Shown here in pieces: positions 38,660 to 47,904 of a DNA stretch of 64,000 nucleotides. Where the stretch lies: contig OY764159.1 in NCBI GenBank assembly GCA_963668175.1, positions 1,120,001 to 1,184,000 on the forward strand, written 5' to 3'. Position numbers and translations under genes: made by a program. This stretch comes from Syntrophales bacterium. GTDB taxonomy: Bacteria; Desulfobacterota; Syntrophia; Syntrophales; PHBD01. Below the pieces are notes generated by a model, which saw nothing but the letters and a program-made list of their open reading frames with translations, had not been told where the DNA came from and made no database searches. Numbering within the stretch: position 1 is the stretch's first letter; each line of letters starts with the position of its first letter.

Positions 38660-39808
38660 TTAGAGAAGATTGAAGTAATCCCGGCGACAGGCTTCTTCGG
38701 TTGCGGACAGCCGTCGGAAGGCATCGTTATAGTCCGTGAGGCCGGCCGTGAATATCCCATGCCCGTAGACAATGGCGGCGTTTCCGGTCAGCATGGCCGG
38801 TGGAACGGTGTGGCTCAGACCCTTGGGACCGCCGCCGGCCTCTCCGGGCACAATGGGCACCCCGGCTGCAAATCGATCGTAAGGGCAATCGGTCTGGCAA
38901 ATGTCCCCGGCTTTGCAGTCGGGCCGGTCGCAGGCCATGGATAGGATAACGGTGAATTTCGGATGGCCGTGCAGTATCGTCCGATACGCCGTCGCGGTCA
39001 GAATCCGACGATGGGCCGGAAACTCGGTCGAGACCGTTTTCGGAACGGGTTTTTCCGGCAGGAGAGAAACGGGGACGATTCCGTCGGTCAGTTCGTCGAG
39101 GGCGCTTCCCGTCCTGCTGATATAAAGCGTATCGTCCAGGCGGCAGGAAATGTTGCCGAAGGTCGAATCGACGAGACCGGATGCGACCAAAAGCTTCCCC
39201 GCCTCGTCCATGGCGCGAAGGACCTCTCGCTCGGCGGTGAAAGGGCCTGTCATCAAATGGTCCGGTAATTCCGGTACGGCTTTTAACCGGTCCACCGCCC
39301 TGACGAAGGCGTCCTTCCGCTTTCGGTCCGGCTTTCCCTGACGGGCCTCTGCCAGATAATCGGTAAAGAACTTGACGAATATCGCGAAGCAGACGGAGCT
39401 GATCGCTACGAATGCCATGTCCAGGCTGCCGGCAGTGGCGACAATGCCCCGGTTGCGTACGATGACGCCGCGCCTGTTTTTCAGGGCGGCGGCAAGGCCG
39501 TCACGCTGAAATCCTGACACGACGGGCAGATCGCGCAACAGCAAGCGGGTTTCGAAATCCCGGGGATAAATCGCACCGGGTGTGTCCTCTGTGAGAAAAT
39601 CGATTATGGTTTTATAGGGTTCGGCCGGCTCAACGTACAGAAGGACGTCGCGGTCCAACAAGGCCAGGGCGCCCGCAAGGTCCGCCGCCGCGGCGTTCCC
39701 GGTATCGGATATGAAGGCCGGCTCTCTGAAGACGGTCAGGGAGGACCCGCGGGCGGTTAACCCGGCCCGGATCATCTTTTCTTCGTACTTTTGTATCGTA
39801 ATGTTCAT
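38660..39808 (-). CDS. Class II aldolase/adducin family protein (degenerate N-terminal plus C-terminal domain)
   Basis: GNISCR, STEFPAH, HGHP, YGHG; Cys-rich insert CDRPDCKAGDICQTDC. Confidence 0.75.
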   Translation of the reverse strand: MNITIQKYEEKMIRAGLTARGSSLTVFREPAFISDTGNAAAADLAGALALLDRDVLLYVEPAEPYKTIIDFLTEDTPGAIYPRDFETRLLLRDLPVVSGFQRDGLAAALKNRRGVIVRNRGIVATAGSLDMAFVAISSVCFAIFVKFFTDYLAEARQGKPDRKRKDAFVRAVDRLKAVPELPDHLMTGPFTAEREVLRAMDEAGKLLVASGLVDSTFGNISCRLDDTLYISRTGSALDELTDGIVPVSLLPEKPVPKTVSTEFPAHRRILTATAYRTILHGHPKFTVILSMACDRPDCKAGDICQTDCPYDRFAAGVPIVPGEAGGGPKGLSHTVPPAMLTGNAAIVYGHGIFTAGLTDYNDAFRRLSATEEACRRDYFNLL

Positions 39809-39913
39809 AGGTATGTGTCTATCAATAGGTATACCGGAGTATGCTTCGGCAGGAAGGCCAGGATTGGGTTCGGAATAAAAGACAGCGGTGCAATTGTTTC
39901 ATCTGGTCTCACT

Positions 39914-40939
39914 TCACCGCTGCGGTTCGATAATGACTTTCATGGAGGCCCCGGAGCCCGCCACCAGGCGGAAACCTTCTCCCGTTTCGGCGAGGCTCAG
40001 GCGGTGGGTAATCATCTCCTTCACGGCGACTCGCCCGAGCCGCAGAAGATCGATGGCCACGACGGCATCAAGAGGGGCGTTGCCGTATGACGGCGTGATC
40101 TTGATCTCGTTGCGCCAGAATTCGTTGATCGGAACGGAGAGGTTCACGCCGGGTTCGGTTGTGGCGAAGCAGAGGATCGTTCCTCCCCTGTCCGCCGAGT
40201 GGAGGGCCTGTTCGAAAGCGGACGGGGCTCCCGTGCAGACGATCACCAAATCGGCCAGCCTGCCGTTGTTCAGGGCGCGGAATTTCGCCGGGATGTCGTC
40301 CCGGGCGTCGAGGGTGGCGCTGGCTCCCAGCCGCCCGGCCATGTCGAGGCTGAATTTCCGGACATCGGTCGTTACGATCGTCCCCGCACCGGCTGCCCTG
40401 GCTAGAAGGAGGTGGAGAAGTCCGGATATGCCGCTTCCCAGGATGAGAATGGATTGGCCGGCTTGCAGGCCGGCGATTCTCTGGCCGCGAACGACGCAGG
40501 CTAAGGGCTCGATAAAGACGCCTTCCTCATAGGACAGGCTGTCGGGGAGCGGAAAGACGCCGCGATCGACATTCAGAGCCGGAACACGGATGAACTCGGC
40601 GAAGCCCCCGGGGTCGTAGTTGGTCGTGTGAAGGGTTTCGCACGCCGTATGGTGACCCCTCAGGCAATAATGGCACGTATTGCACGGGATATGATGGGAG
40701 ACGAAGACGCGTTGTCCGGGACGGTATTGCCTGACGTCTGCGCCGACTTCGACGATGTCCCCCGCAATCTCGTGCCCCAGGACGAGGGGGGCCTTCTTGA
40801 TGCGGTACCACTCCAGAACGTCGCTCCCGCAGATGCCGCTTGCGATGACCTTCACCAGGATCTCTCCCGCTCCGATTCCCGGACGGGGCCTTTCTTCCAG
40901 GCGGACGTCGTCGTTTCGGTAGTATACGGCTACGCGCAT
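39914..40939 (-). CDS. Zinc-dependent medium-chain (polyol/threonine-type) dehydrogenase
   Basis: GICGSD, GHE, CNTCHYC..C, GSGISG. Confidence 0.88.
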   Translation of the reverse strand: MRVAVYYRNDDVRLEERPRPGIGAGEILVKVIASGICGSDVLEWYRIKKAPLVLGHEIAGDIVEVGADVRQYRPGQRVFVSHHIPCNTCHYCLRGHHTACETLHTTNYDPGGFAEFIRVPALNVDRGVFPLPDSLSYEEGVFIEPLACVVRGQRIAGLQAGQSILILGSGISGLLHLLLARAAGAGTIVTTDVRKFSLDMAGRLGASATLDARDDIPAKFRALNNGRLADLVIVCTGAPSAFEQALHSADRGGTILCFATTEPGVNLSVPINEFWRNEIKITPSYGNAPLDAVVAIDLLRLGRVAVKEMITHRLSLAETGEGFRLVAGSGASMKVIIEPQR

Positions 40940-41104
40940 CTTCAGTTCTCCGACAAGTTTTTCATGCACCGGCGATATTGCCTCGGCGGCTGCTTCACAC
41001 GGACCGGGCTCCATTCCGACGGCGACGGGCCTCAATCAGGCAAGACCGTTATTCCTCCCGGACCCGGGAGGCAACTATTGCAGCGTCCTCGACTGCGCCA
41101 ACGA

Positions 41105-41899
41105 TTACTTTCGTTTTTTTACTGTGCTGTTATAGAGATCGAGGGCTTCGGTCGGTGACATATTCTTGTGAATGATGCCGTGGAGCGCCTTGGCCATCGC
41201 CACCGGGTTGGGGGACTGCCAGACATTCCGGCCCAGGTTCACGCCGATGGCGCCGTTCTGAATGCCGTCATGGACAAATTCCAGGACTTCCAGCGCCGTT
41301 TCGCACTTGGGGCCGCCGGCGAGGACGACCGGTACGGGACAGCCGTAGACGACCTTGTCGAAGTTTTTGCACCAGTAAGTCTTGACGACGCGGGCGCCAA
41401 GTTCGGCGGCAATACGGCTGGCCAACGCCAGGTAGCGGGCGTCCCTCTTCTCCAGTTCCTTGCCGACGGCCGTCACGGCCATGACAGGGATGCCGAAATC
41501 TTCACAGTCGTTCACCAGTTCGGCCAGGTTGGTCAGGGATTCCTTTTCGTAGTCGGTACCGACAAAGATCGACATGCCCACCGCGGCGGCGTTGAGACGG
41601 ATGATCTCCTCGATGGAAGTCGTGATGCCTTCGTTGGCCAGGTCGGCGCCGATGACGCTGGGCCCGCCGGATACGCGGAGGATGATGGGCAGGCTCTTTT
41701 CCGGAGGCAGGCACGCCCGCAGGACGCCCCGTGTGACAAAGATGGCGTCGCAATAAGGCAACAGCGGCTTGATCGTTTCCTGCGGCCTTTCCAGACAACT
41801 CGTCGGGCCCTGAAAATAACCGTGGTCTATCGGCATAAAGAAGCAGCGGCCATCCGGCTGGATGAGCTGCGACATTCTGTTTTGCATTCCCCAATCCAT
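41105..41899 (-). CDS. lsrF: LsrF-like 3-hydroxy-5-phosphonooxypentane-2,4-dione thiolase (DhnA class I aldolase fold)
   Basis: MDWGMQNR, DHGYFQGP, AVTAVGK, ELGA..VKTY, AGGPK, GRNVWQ. Confidence 0.85.
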   Translation of the reverse strand: MDWGMQNRMSQLIQPDGRCFFMPIDHGYFQGPTSCLERPQETIKPLLPYCDAIFVTRGVLRACLPPEKSLPIILRVSGGPSVIGADLANEGITTSIEEIIRLNAAAVGMSIFVGTDYEKESLTNLAELVNDCEDFGIPVMAVTAVGKELEKRDARYLALASRIAAELGARVVKTYWCKNFDKVVYGCPVPVVLAGGPKCETALEVLEFVHDGIQNGAIGVNLGRNVWQSPNPVAMAKALHGIIHKNMSPTEALDLYNSTVKKRK

Positions 41900-42215
41900 A
41901 TGCAATCCTCCTTGTTCTTATCTTGGGTGAATTCTCCCGGATTTTTTGCCGGAACCGGGACGAAAAATGACGACGCGGAAACACCTCGTCCGCAACGATC
42001 AGTCCTTATCATAATTAACAAAACAGGGACAACATAAATTGGATAACGGAGAAGACCCGCGGCCGGAACTGTACAGGTCTCGCCGAACAGGCGAGTACTT
42101 TTCCCTTGCCGTTACCCGATTGTTGCATTAAAATCATAAATGGAAAGATTGGTGAACAACCCTCTGTACGAGGAAGAGGATTTTGATCCGATATCCGGAG
42201 GAAGGAGAGGAAATC

Positions 42216-42503
42216 ATGACGGGAGGAAAGACCGGGGAGTCTCGGGCTGCGGAACGCAGGCCTCTGCAGACGGATGTCGAGTTCATCGTGGATGGGGATA
42301 TCGAATCGGCCACATCGGTCAATGTGTCGGAAACGGGAATCCGTTTCGATACCCGCAAGCCCATGAAAGTGCGCATGCGGTTCGATATGGAGGGCCGGAA
42401 ACAGGAGTTTGTTGCCCTTCTGGTCTGGGCCGGGAGAAACGCCGACGAGACAATGGCCTACGGCTTTGAGTTTATTCCCGACGATGACGAGGGTGTCTTT
42501 TAA
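42216..42503 (+). CDS. Stand-alone PilZ domain protein
   Basis: RAAER (RxxxR), NVSETG, YGFEF. Confidence 0.7.
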   Translation: MTGGKTGESRAAERRPLQTDVEFIVDGDIESATSVNVSETGIRFDTRKPMKVRMRFDMEGRKQEFVALLVWAGRNADETMAYGFEFIPDDDEGVF

Positions 42504-42544
42504 CTGAACAGCGGAAGGTGACGAATCCGATATTTGGACAAGAG

Positions 42545-42583
42545 AGAGGGCAGGCCGCTGCGAGCGGCCTGCCCTCTTTTTTT
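42545..42583. terminator. Intrinsic terminator between convergent genes
   Basis: 15-bp stem AGAGGGCAGGCCGCT/AGCGGCCTGCCCTCT plus T tract. Confidence 0.85.
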
Positions 42584-42589
42584 GTGTTG

Positions 42590-44158
42590 CTACAGCGGGA
42601 TGTTGTTGTGCTTCTTAACCAGGCGGACTTCGGCTTTGTCCTTCAATGCGTCGAGAATGGCGATGACGCGCTTGCGCGTTTCCCGCGGCGCGATGATCTC
42701 TTCGATGATGCCCATAGTGGCGGCAAAGTACGGGTTGTTGAACTGGTCTTCATAGGACTTGACAAGCTCCGCCCTCTTGGCCGCAGGGTCCGGCGCCTCG
42801 TTGATTTCCCGGCGGTAGATGATGTTGCAGGCCCCTTCGGCGCCCATGACGGCGATTTCAGCCGACGGCCAGGCCATGACGAAGTCGGCGCCCAGGTACT
42901 TGCTGCACATGCCGATGTAGGCCCCGCCGTAGTCCTTGCGCGTGACGACGGTCAGCTTGGGAACGGTGGCTTCCGCATAGGCATGGAGCAGCTTGGCTCC
43001 GTGGCTGATGATTCCCGACCATTCCTGCGCCGTTCCGGGCATGTAACCGGGGACGTCGGAGAAGGTCAAGAGTGGGATATTGAAAGCGTCGCAGAAGCGG
43101 ATGAACCGCGAGGCCTTGTCCGAAGCATTGACGTCGAGGACGCCGGCGCCGAATTTCGGATTGTTGGCGATGACGCCGACCGTTTTGCCCATGACGCGGA
43201 TAAAGGCGACGAGCATGTTCTTCGCCCACATTTCATGGCATTCGAAGACATTGCCGTTGTCGGCGACCGCTTCGACGACCTTCCTCATGTCGTAACCGCG
43301 GGTCGCCCTGTCGGGGATGATCTTGTCCAGTTCTGGACAGAGCCTGTCGGCCGTGTCCGTGCATTCAGCCGCGGGCAGGGGGGAATGGCAGCTGTCCGGA
43401 ATGAACGAAAGGAGTGTCTTGACCTGATTGATGCAGTCCTCGTCGTTTTCCGTCGCGAAATGGCAGACGCCGCTCTTCGTGGCATGGGCGACGGCGCCGC
43501 CGAGATCGTCATGGCTCACTTCTTCGCCGATGACGGCCTTGATGACGTCCGGCCCGGTGATGTACATGTAGCTGGTCTTCTTGACCATGAAGACCCAGTC
43601 GGTCAGGGCGGGCGAATAGACCGCGCCTCCCGCCGTCGGGCCCATGATGGCCGTAATCTGGGGAATATAGCCCGAACCGATGGTGTTGCGATAGAAGATG
43701 CCGCCGTATCCGTCGAGGGCCGGGACGCCTTCCTGGATGCGGGCGCCGCCCGAGTCGTTCAGCGCCACGAAGGGTTTCCTGGCGTCGATGGCCATATCCA
43801 TGACTTTCCAGATCTTCTTGGCGTGCATCTCACCGAGGCTTCCCCCGGAACTCGTGAAATCCTGGGCCGCGGCGAAGACGGTCCGGCCGTTGACTTTACC
43901 GAATCCGGTTACGACGCCGTCGGCGTTGATCTCCTTCTTGTCCAACCCAAACAGGGGCGAACGGTGTTTCACGAACAGCTGCACTTCCTGGAACGTGTCT
44001 TTGTCAAAGAGGAGTGCCAGCCGTTCCCGGGCCGTCATTTTGCCCAGTTCGTGCTGCTTCTTGACCATTTTGTCGCCGCCCATGGTCATCAGGGCGTCCC
44101 GTTTGGCCTCAAATGCCTCGATTTTTGCTTCCGTTAAGCTCTTTTTCTCCTTTTCCAT
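42590..44158 (-). CDS. Acyl-CoA carboxyltransferase subunit (PccB/MmdA/transcarboxylase 12S-like)
   Basis: GKMTARER, DSGGARIQEG, GGAVYSPA, DVPG, KHNNIPL. Confidence 0.93.
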   Translation of the reverse strand: MEKEKKSLTEAKIEAFEAKRDALMTMGGDKMVKKQHELGKMTARERLALLFDKDTFQEVQLFVKHRSPLFGLDKKEINADGVVTGFGKVNGRTVFAAAQDFTSSGGSLGEMHAKKIWKVMDMAIDARKPFVALNDSGGARIQEGVPALDGYGGIFYRNTIGSGYIPQITAIMGPTAGGAVYSPALTDWVFMVKKTSYMYITGPDVIKAVIGEEVSHDDLGGAVAHATKSGVCHFATENDEDCINQVKTLLSFIPDSCHSPLPAAECTDTADRLCPELDKIIPDRATRGYDMRKVVEAVADNGNVFECHEMWAKNMLVAFIRVMGKTVGVIANNPKFGAGVLDVNASDKASRFIRFCDAFNIPLLTFSDVPGYMPGTAQEWSGIISHGAKLLHAYAEATVPKLTVVTRKDYGGAYIGMCSKYLGADFVMAWPSAEIAVMGAEGACNIIYRREINEAPDPAAKRAELVKSYEDQFNNPYFAATMGIIEEIIAPRETRKRVIAILDALKDKAEVRLVKKHNNIPL

Positions 44159-44488
44159 AAAAAAACGATCTCCTTCTGCATTTTATTTGTATTCCGCAGC
44201 GGGGATTGTTCTGCTTTTCACAAGTCCGATAACGCCAGATCGGCCCCCGGAGCGATCCGTCCCTTTCATCCTGCCTGACGATGGGAAGCGGCCTCTCACG
44301 GCAACCCCTGCTTATGGAATTTCTGCCGTCATTTCAAAGATCTGCCCCGCCGATCCTGCGTCGGGATTTTGCCTTGACCTTCGGTCTTCGCTACGATATA
44401 AAAACCGCTGTCTTGAGCTGGCAGGGCAATGTGCCTGTTAGGAATTGGCCTTATACCCTGTTTAAAAAAAAATGGCAAGGAGGCTTAC

Positions 44489-45682
44489 GTGAAATATATA
44501 GATGAAATGAATCTGAAAGGAAAAAGGGTTCTCTTTCGCTTCGATTTCAACGTTCCCATGGATAGTTCCCTGAATATTACCGACGATACCCGGATCCGGT
44601 CCGTCTTGCCGACCATCAATTACGCCCTCGACGAGGGGGCCAAGATCATCATCTCCTCGCACCTGGGGCGTCCCAAGGGAAAGGTGGTTCCGTCGATGAG
44701 TCTGGCACCTGTAGCAAAGAGGCTGTCCCGGCTGCTCGACAAGAGAGTGGATATCGCGGGAGACTGCATCGGAGACGACGTCATGAAAATAGTCGACGGC
44801 ATGAAGCCGGGGGACATCGTCATGCTGGAGAATCTCCGTTTCCACGCCGCGGAGGAAAAGAATTCGGACGAATTCGCCCAGCAGCTGGCACGTTACGCCG
44901 ATGTCTACATCGACGACGCTTTCGGCAACGCCCATCGCAGCCACGCCTCCAATGTCGCTATTACCAAGTTCGTCAAGGAATGCGGCGCGGGTTTTCTCAT
45001 CAAGAAGGAGATGAATTATCTGAAGAACGTGCTGGACATGCCGGCGCGGCCCTTTGTCGCCATTATCGGCGGCTCCAAAGTCTCGGACAAACTCGAGGCC
45101 TTAAGCCATTTGATTAAAAAAGTCGACAAGATGATCATCGGCGGCGGTATGGCCTTCACCTTCCTGAAAGCGCAGGGGTATGTCGTCGGCCAGTCCCTGG
45201 TGGAGGACGATCTCATTGCCAAGGCCCAGGATGTGATGAAGACGGCGAAAGAACTGGGCGTGAAACTCTATCTGCCCATCGACTGTGTCATTGCCGAAAG
45301 GAAAACCGCCGATTCGGAAACGAAGATCGTACCGGTCCAGGAGATCAATCCCCATTGGGCGGGTTACGATATCGGCCCGGCCACGATCACCCTCTTCTCG
45401 GAAGCTTTAAGCAACGCCAAGACGATCGTCTGGAACGGCCCCATGGGGGTTTTCGAGATCGACGCCTTCGGGCGGGGCACTTCGGCGCTGGCCCACAGCG
45501 TTGCCAATTCCTACGCCGTGACCATCGTCGGCGGAGGCGATACGGATGTCGCCATTCACAAGGCCGGCCAGAGCGACAACATCACATATATCTCGACAGG
45601 CGGCGGCGCCTCCCTGGAACTCCTGGAAGGCAAGGTCTTGCCGGGGATCGGTGCCCTGGAGATGTGCAACAATACGATATAG
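44489..45682 (+). CDS. pgk: Phosphoglycerate kinase
   Basis: [34 protein letters not shown] start after AGGAGG. Confidence 0.97.
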   Translation: MKYIDEMNLKGKRVLFRFDFNVPMDSSLNITDDTRIRSVLPTINYALDEGAKIIISSHLGRPKGKVVPSMSLAPVAKRLSRLLDKRVDIAGDCIGDDVMKIVDGMKPGDIVMLENLRFHAAEEKNSDEFAQQLARYADVYIDDAFGNAHRSHASNVAITKFVKECGAGFLIKKEMNYLKNVLDMPARPFVAIIGGSKVSDKLEALSHLIKKVDKMIIGGGMAFTFLKAQGYVVGQSLVEDDLIAKAQDVMKTAKELGVKLYLPIDCVIAERKTADSETKIVPVQEINPHWAGYDIGPATITLFSEALSNAKTIVWNGPMGVFEIDAFGRGTSALAHSVANSYAVTIVGGGDTDVAIHKAGQSDNITYISTGGGASLELLEGKVLPGIGALEMCNNTI

Positions 45683-45748
45683 CGAAAGCGATATATCGGA
45701 TTCAAAGGGGAAAGGGTGCTTTCCCCTTTCTGTTTCAGGGGCATCCCG

Positions 45749-46486
45749 ATGCGCAACATCAAGATGATTGTGGAGTATGACGGTACCGCCTACCACGGCT
45801 GGCAGCGCCAGATCAACGGTATCAGCATCCAGCAGCTCCTGGAGGAAAAACTCGGTATCATCACCAGGGAAAAGATCAAAATCGTCGGTTCGGGGAGGAC
45901 CGACGCCGGCGTCCACGCCCTGAATCAGGTCGCCAGTTTCAGAATGGAATCGGCCATCGGGGAAAAGAACCTCCTCGACGGCGTCAACAGCCTCCTGCCC
46001 CGGGATGTCGTGGTCAAATCGCTTGTAGAAGTCGCTGCTTCGTTCCATGCCCGGCGCGATGCCGTAAGCAAGGTCTACTGTTACCAGGTCTTCAACAGCC
46101 CGGTCCGTCCGGCGATGCAGAGAAATTTTTGCTGGGCCGTCTTCCCGCCTCTCGATATCGGCCGGATGCACGAGGCCGCAGCTTATCTCCTCGGCCGTCA
46201 CGATTTTACCTCGTTCAGCACTGTCCACACCGATGTGAAGGATTTTGTCAGGACCATCAAGGACATAAACATCGAAACCGACGGGTCGGGCATGATCCGC
46301 TTCCTGGTGGAAGCCGACGGCTTTTTGAGGTATATGGTGAGGACGATTGTCGGCACCCTGGTCGAGGTGGGCAAGGGGAAGCGCGAAGCCGACAGCATGG
46401 CGGGCCTCCTTGAGGCAAGGGACCGTAACCTGGCCGGGATGACTGCGCCGCCCCAGGGGCTGTTTCTTAAAGAAGTGAAATACTGA
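45749..46486 (+). CDS. truA: tRNA pseudouridine(38-40) synthase
   Basis: YDGTAYHGWQRQ, GRTDAGVHA, FLRYMVR. Confidence 0.96.
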   Translation: MRNIKMIVEYDGTAYHGWQRQINGISIQQLLEEKLGIITREKIKIVGSGRTDAGVHALNQVASFRMESAIGEKNLLDGVNSLLPRDVVVKSLVEVAASFHARRDAVSKVYCYQVFNSPVRPAMQRNFCWAVFPPLDIGRMHEAAAYLLGRHDFTSFSTVHTDVKDFVRTIKDINIETDGSGMIRFLVEADGFLRYMVRTIVGTLVEVGKGKREADSMAGLLEARDRNLAGMTAPPQGLFLKEVKY

Positions 46487-46624
46487 TTTTGCCGGGCAGA
46501 CGGGTTTGATGAACCCTCTTCCGCGGCCGATGGCGTCACACTGCGGCCCCCCCTGGCCCGGTATCGGCGGGTGCCGTATATATAATGGATGCAGGAGATG
46601 CTGAAGATGCTGGACAGACAGGCG

Positions 46625-47476
46625 ATGAAAATCCTGGTTCTGGGACACAAGGGCATGCTGGGGACGGACCTGATGGCGCGGCTCGGCCACCGTTACGAGG
46701 TCGCGGGCAGGGACATCGGCGATTTCGATCTTGCTTCGGCCGGATCCTGCCGGGATGTCATTTTTGACCTGCATCCCCGGGTGATCGTCAATGCGGCGGC
46801 ATTCACCGATGTAGACGGCTGCGAAACGCAGAAGGAAACCTGCATGGCCGTCAATGCCGGAGGCGTAAAAAATATTACCGAAGCCGCGGAAGAAATCGGC
46901 GCCAAGGTCGTTCATTTCAGTACCGACTACGTCTTTGACGGTGCCAAGGGCGAGCCTTATCTGGAAGACGACCCCACCTCACCGCTCAATGTCTACGGAC
47001 ATTCCAAGCTCGAAGGGGAGAAACTCCTGACCTCCTCCTCGGCTCCGTATATCCTGATCAGGACGGCCTGGCTTTACGGCGTCCATGGTAAGAATTTCGT
47101 CAAGACGATCATTCAAAAAGCGCAGACGGAGAAGAAACTGCGGGTTGTGGACGACCAGGTAGGGGCTCCGACCTTTTCCTGGGACCTTGCCGGGGCCGTC
47201 ATGGAGCTTATCGAAGGGGACCATACAGGCGTCTTTCACGTGACGAACCGGGGGACATGCAACTGGTACGAATTCGCCTGCAAAATCGTTCAATATCGAG
47301 GCATTACCGACGTTGATATCGCCCCGATCAAGACGGAGGAATTGCCGCGGCCGGCGATACGTCCCCGGTATTCCGTCCTGAATTGCCGCAAGTTCACCGA
47401 TGCGACGGGGAAGGTCATGCCTTTCTGGCAACTGGCCCTGCAGGAATGCTTGTCCAGGCTGCCCGCAGGCTTGTAG
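46625..47476 (+). CDS. rfbD: dTDP-4-dehydrorhamnose reductase
   Basis: GHKGMLG, STDYVFDG, YGHSKLEGE, VVDDQVG, RPRYS. Confidence 0.93.
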   Translation: MKILVLGHKGMLGTDLMARLGHRYEVAGRDIGDFDLASAGSCRDVIFDLHPRVIVNAAAFTDVDGCETQKETCMAVNAGGVKNITEAAEEIGAKVVHFSTDYVFDGAKGEPYLEDDPTSPLNVYGHSKLEGEKLLTSSSAPYILIRTAWLYGVHGKNFVKTIIQKAQTEKKLRVVDDQVGAPTFSWDLAGAVMELIEGDHTGVFHVTNRGTCNWYEFACKIVQYRGITDVDIAPIKTEELPRPAIRPRYSVLNCRKFTDATGKVMPFWQLALQECLSRLPAGL

Positions 47477-47904
47477 CGGCCTTAACTGCCGGAAGGACTG
47501 AGGCGGTTCCGGACAGCGTATAAGAAATCATTTGATAATCCAACGAGATATGAATATGTACCTGCCGGACTTGCTTTTGCGGCCGGCTCCGGAGGTATGG
47601 TCCTTATCCTTGCCAGGCAGAATCCTTTTTAATTACGACTATCCCTGCAGCAGAAGACGATTCCGTGGCCGCTTCGATCGCTTTCAGTGTGTCCGACGTA
47701 GTGGAACACAGATTGCATAACATAATTTTACAAGCGGGGATGAACGGCACAGGCAGGGGAAAAGCCGGACCGGAAGAGGCCATCTTTGAAAGGTGAGGCA
47801 AGGATGGCCCGTCAAGGAAATATTTCGTAATCAGTCCTTGAGTTTTCATCCTTATATAGATAGGGTAGGCGAAAAAGAGAATCCACTTCCCGGAGGGGGC
47901 TGCC

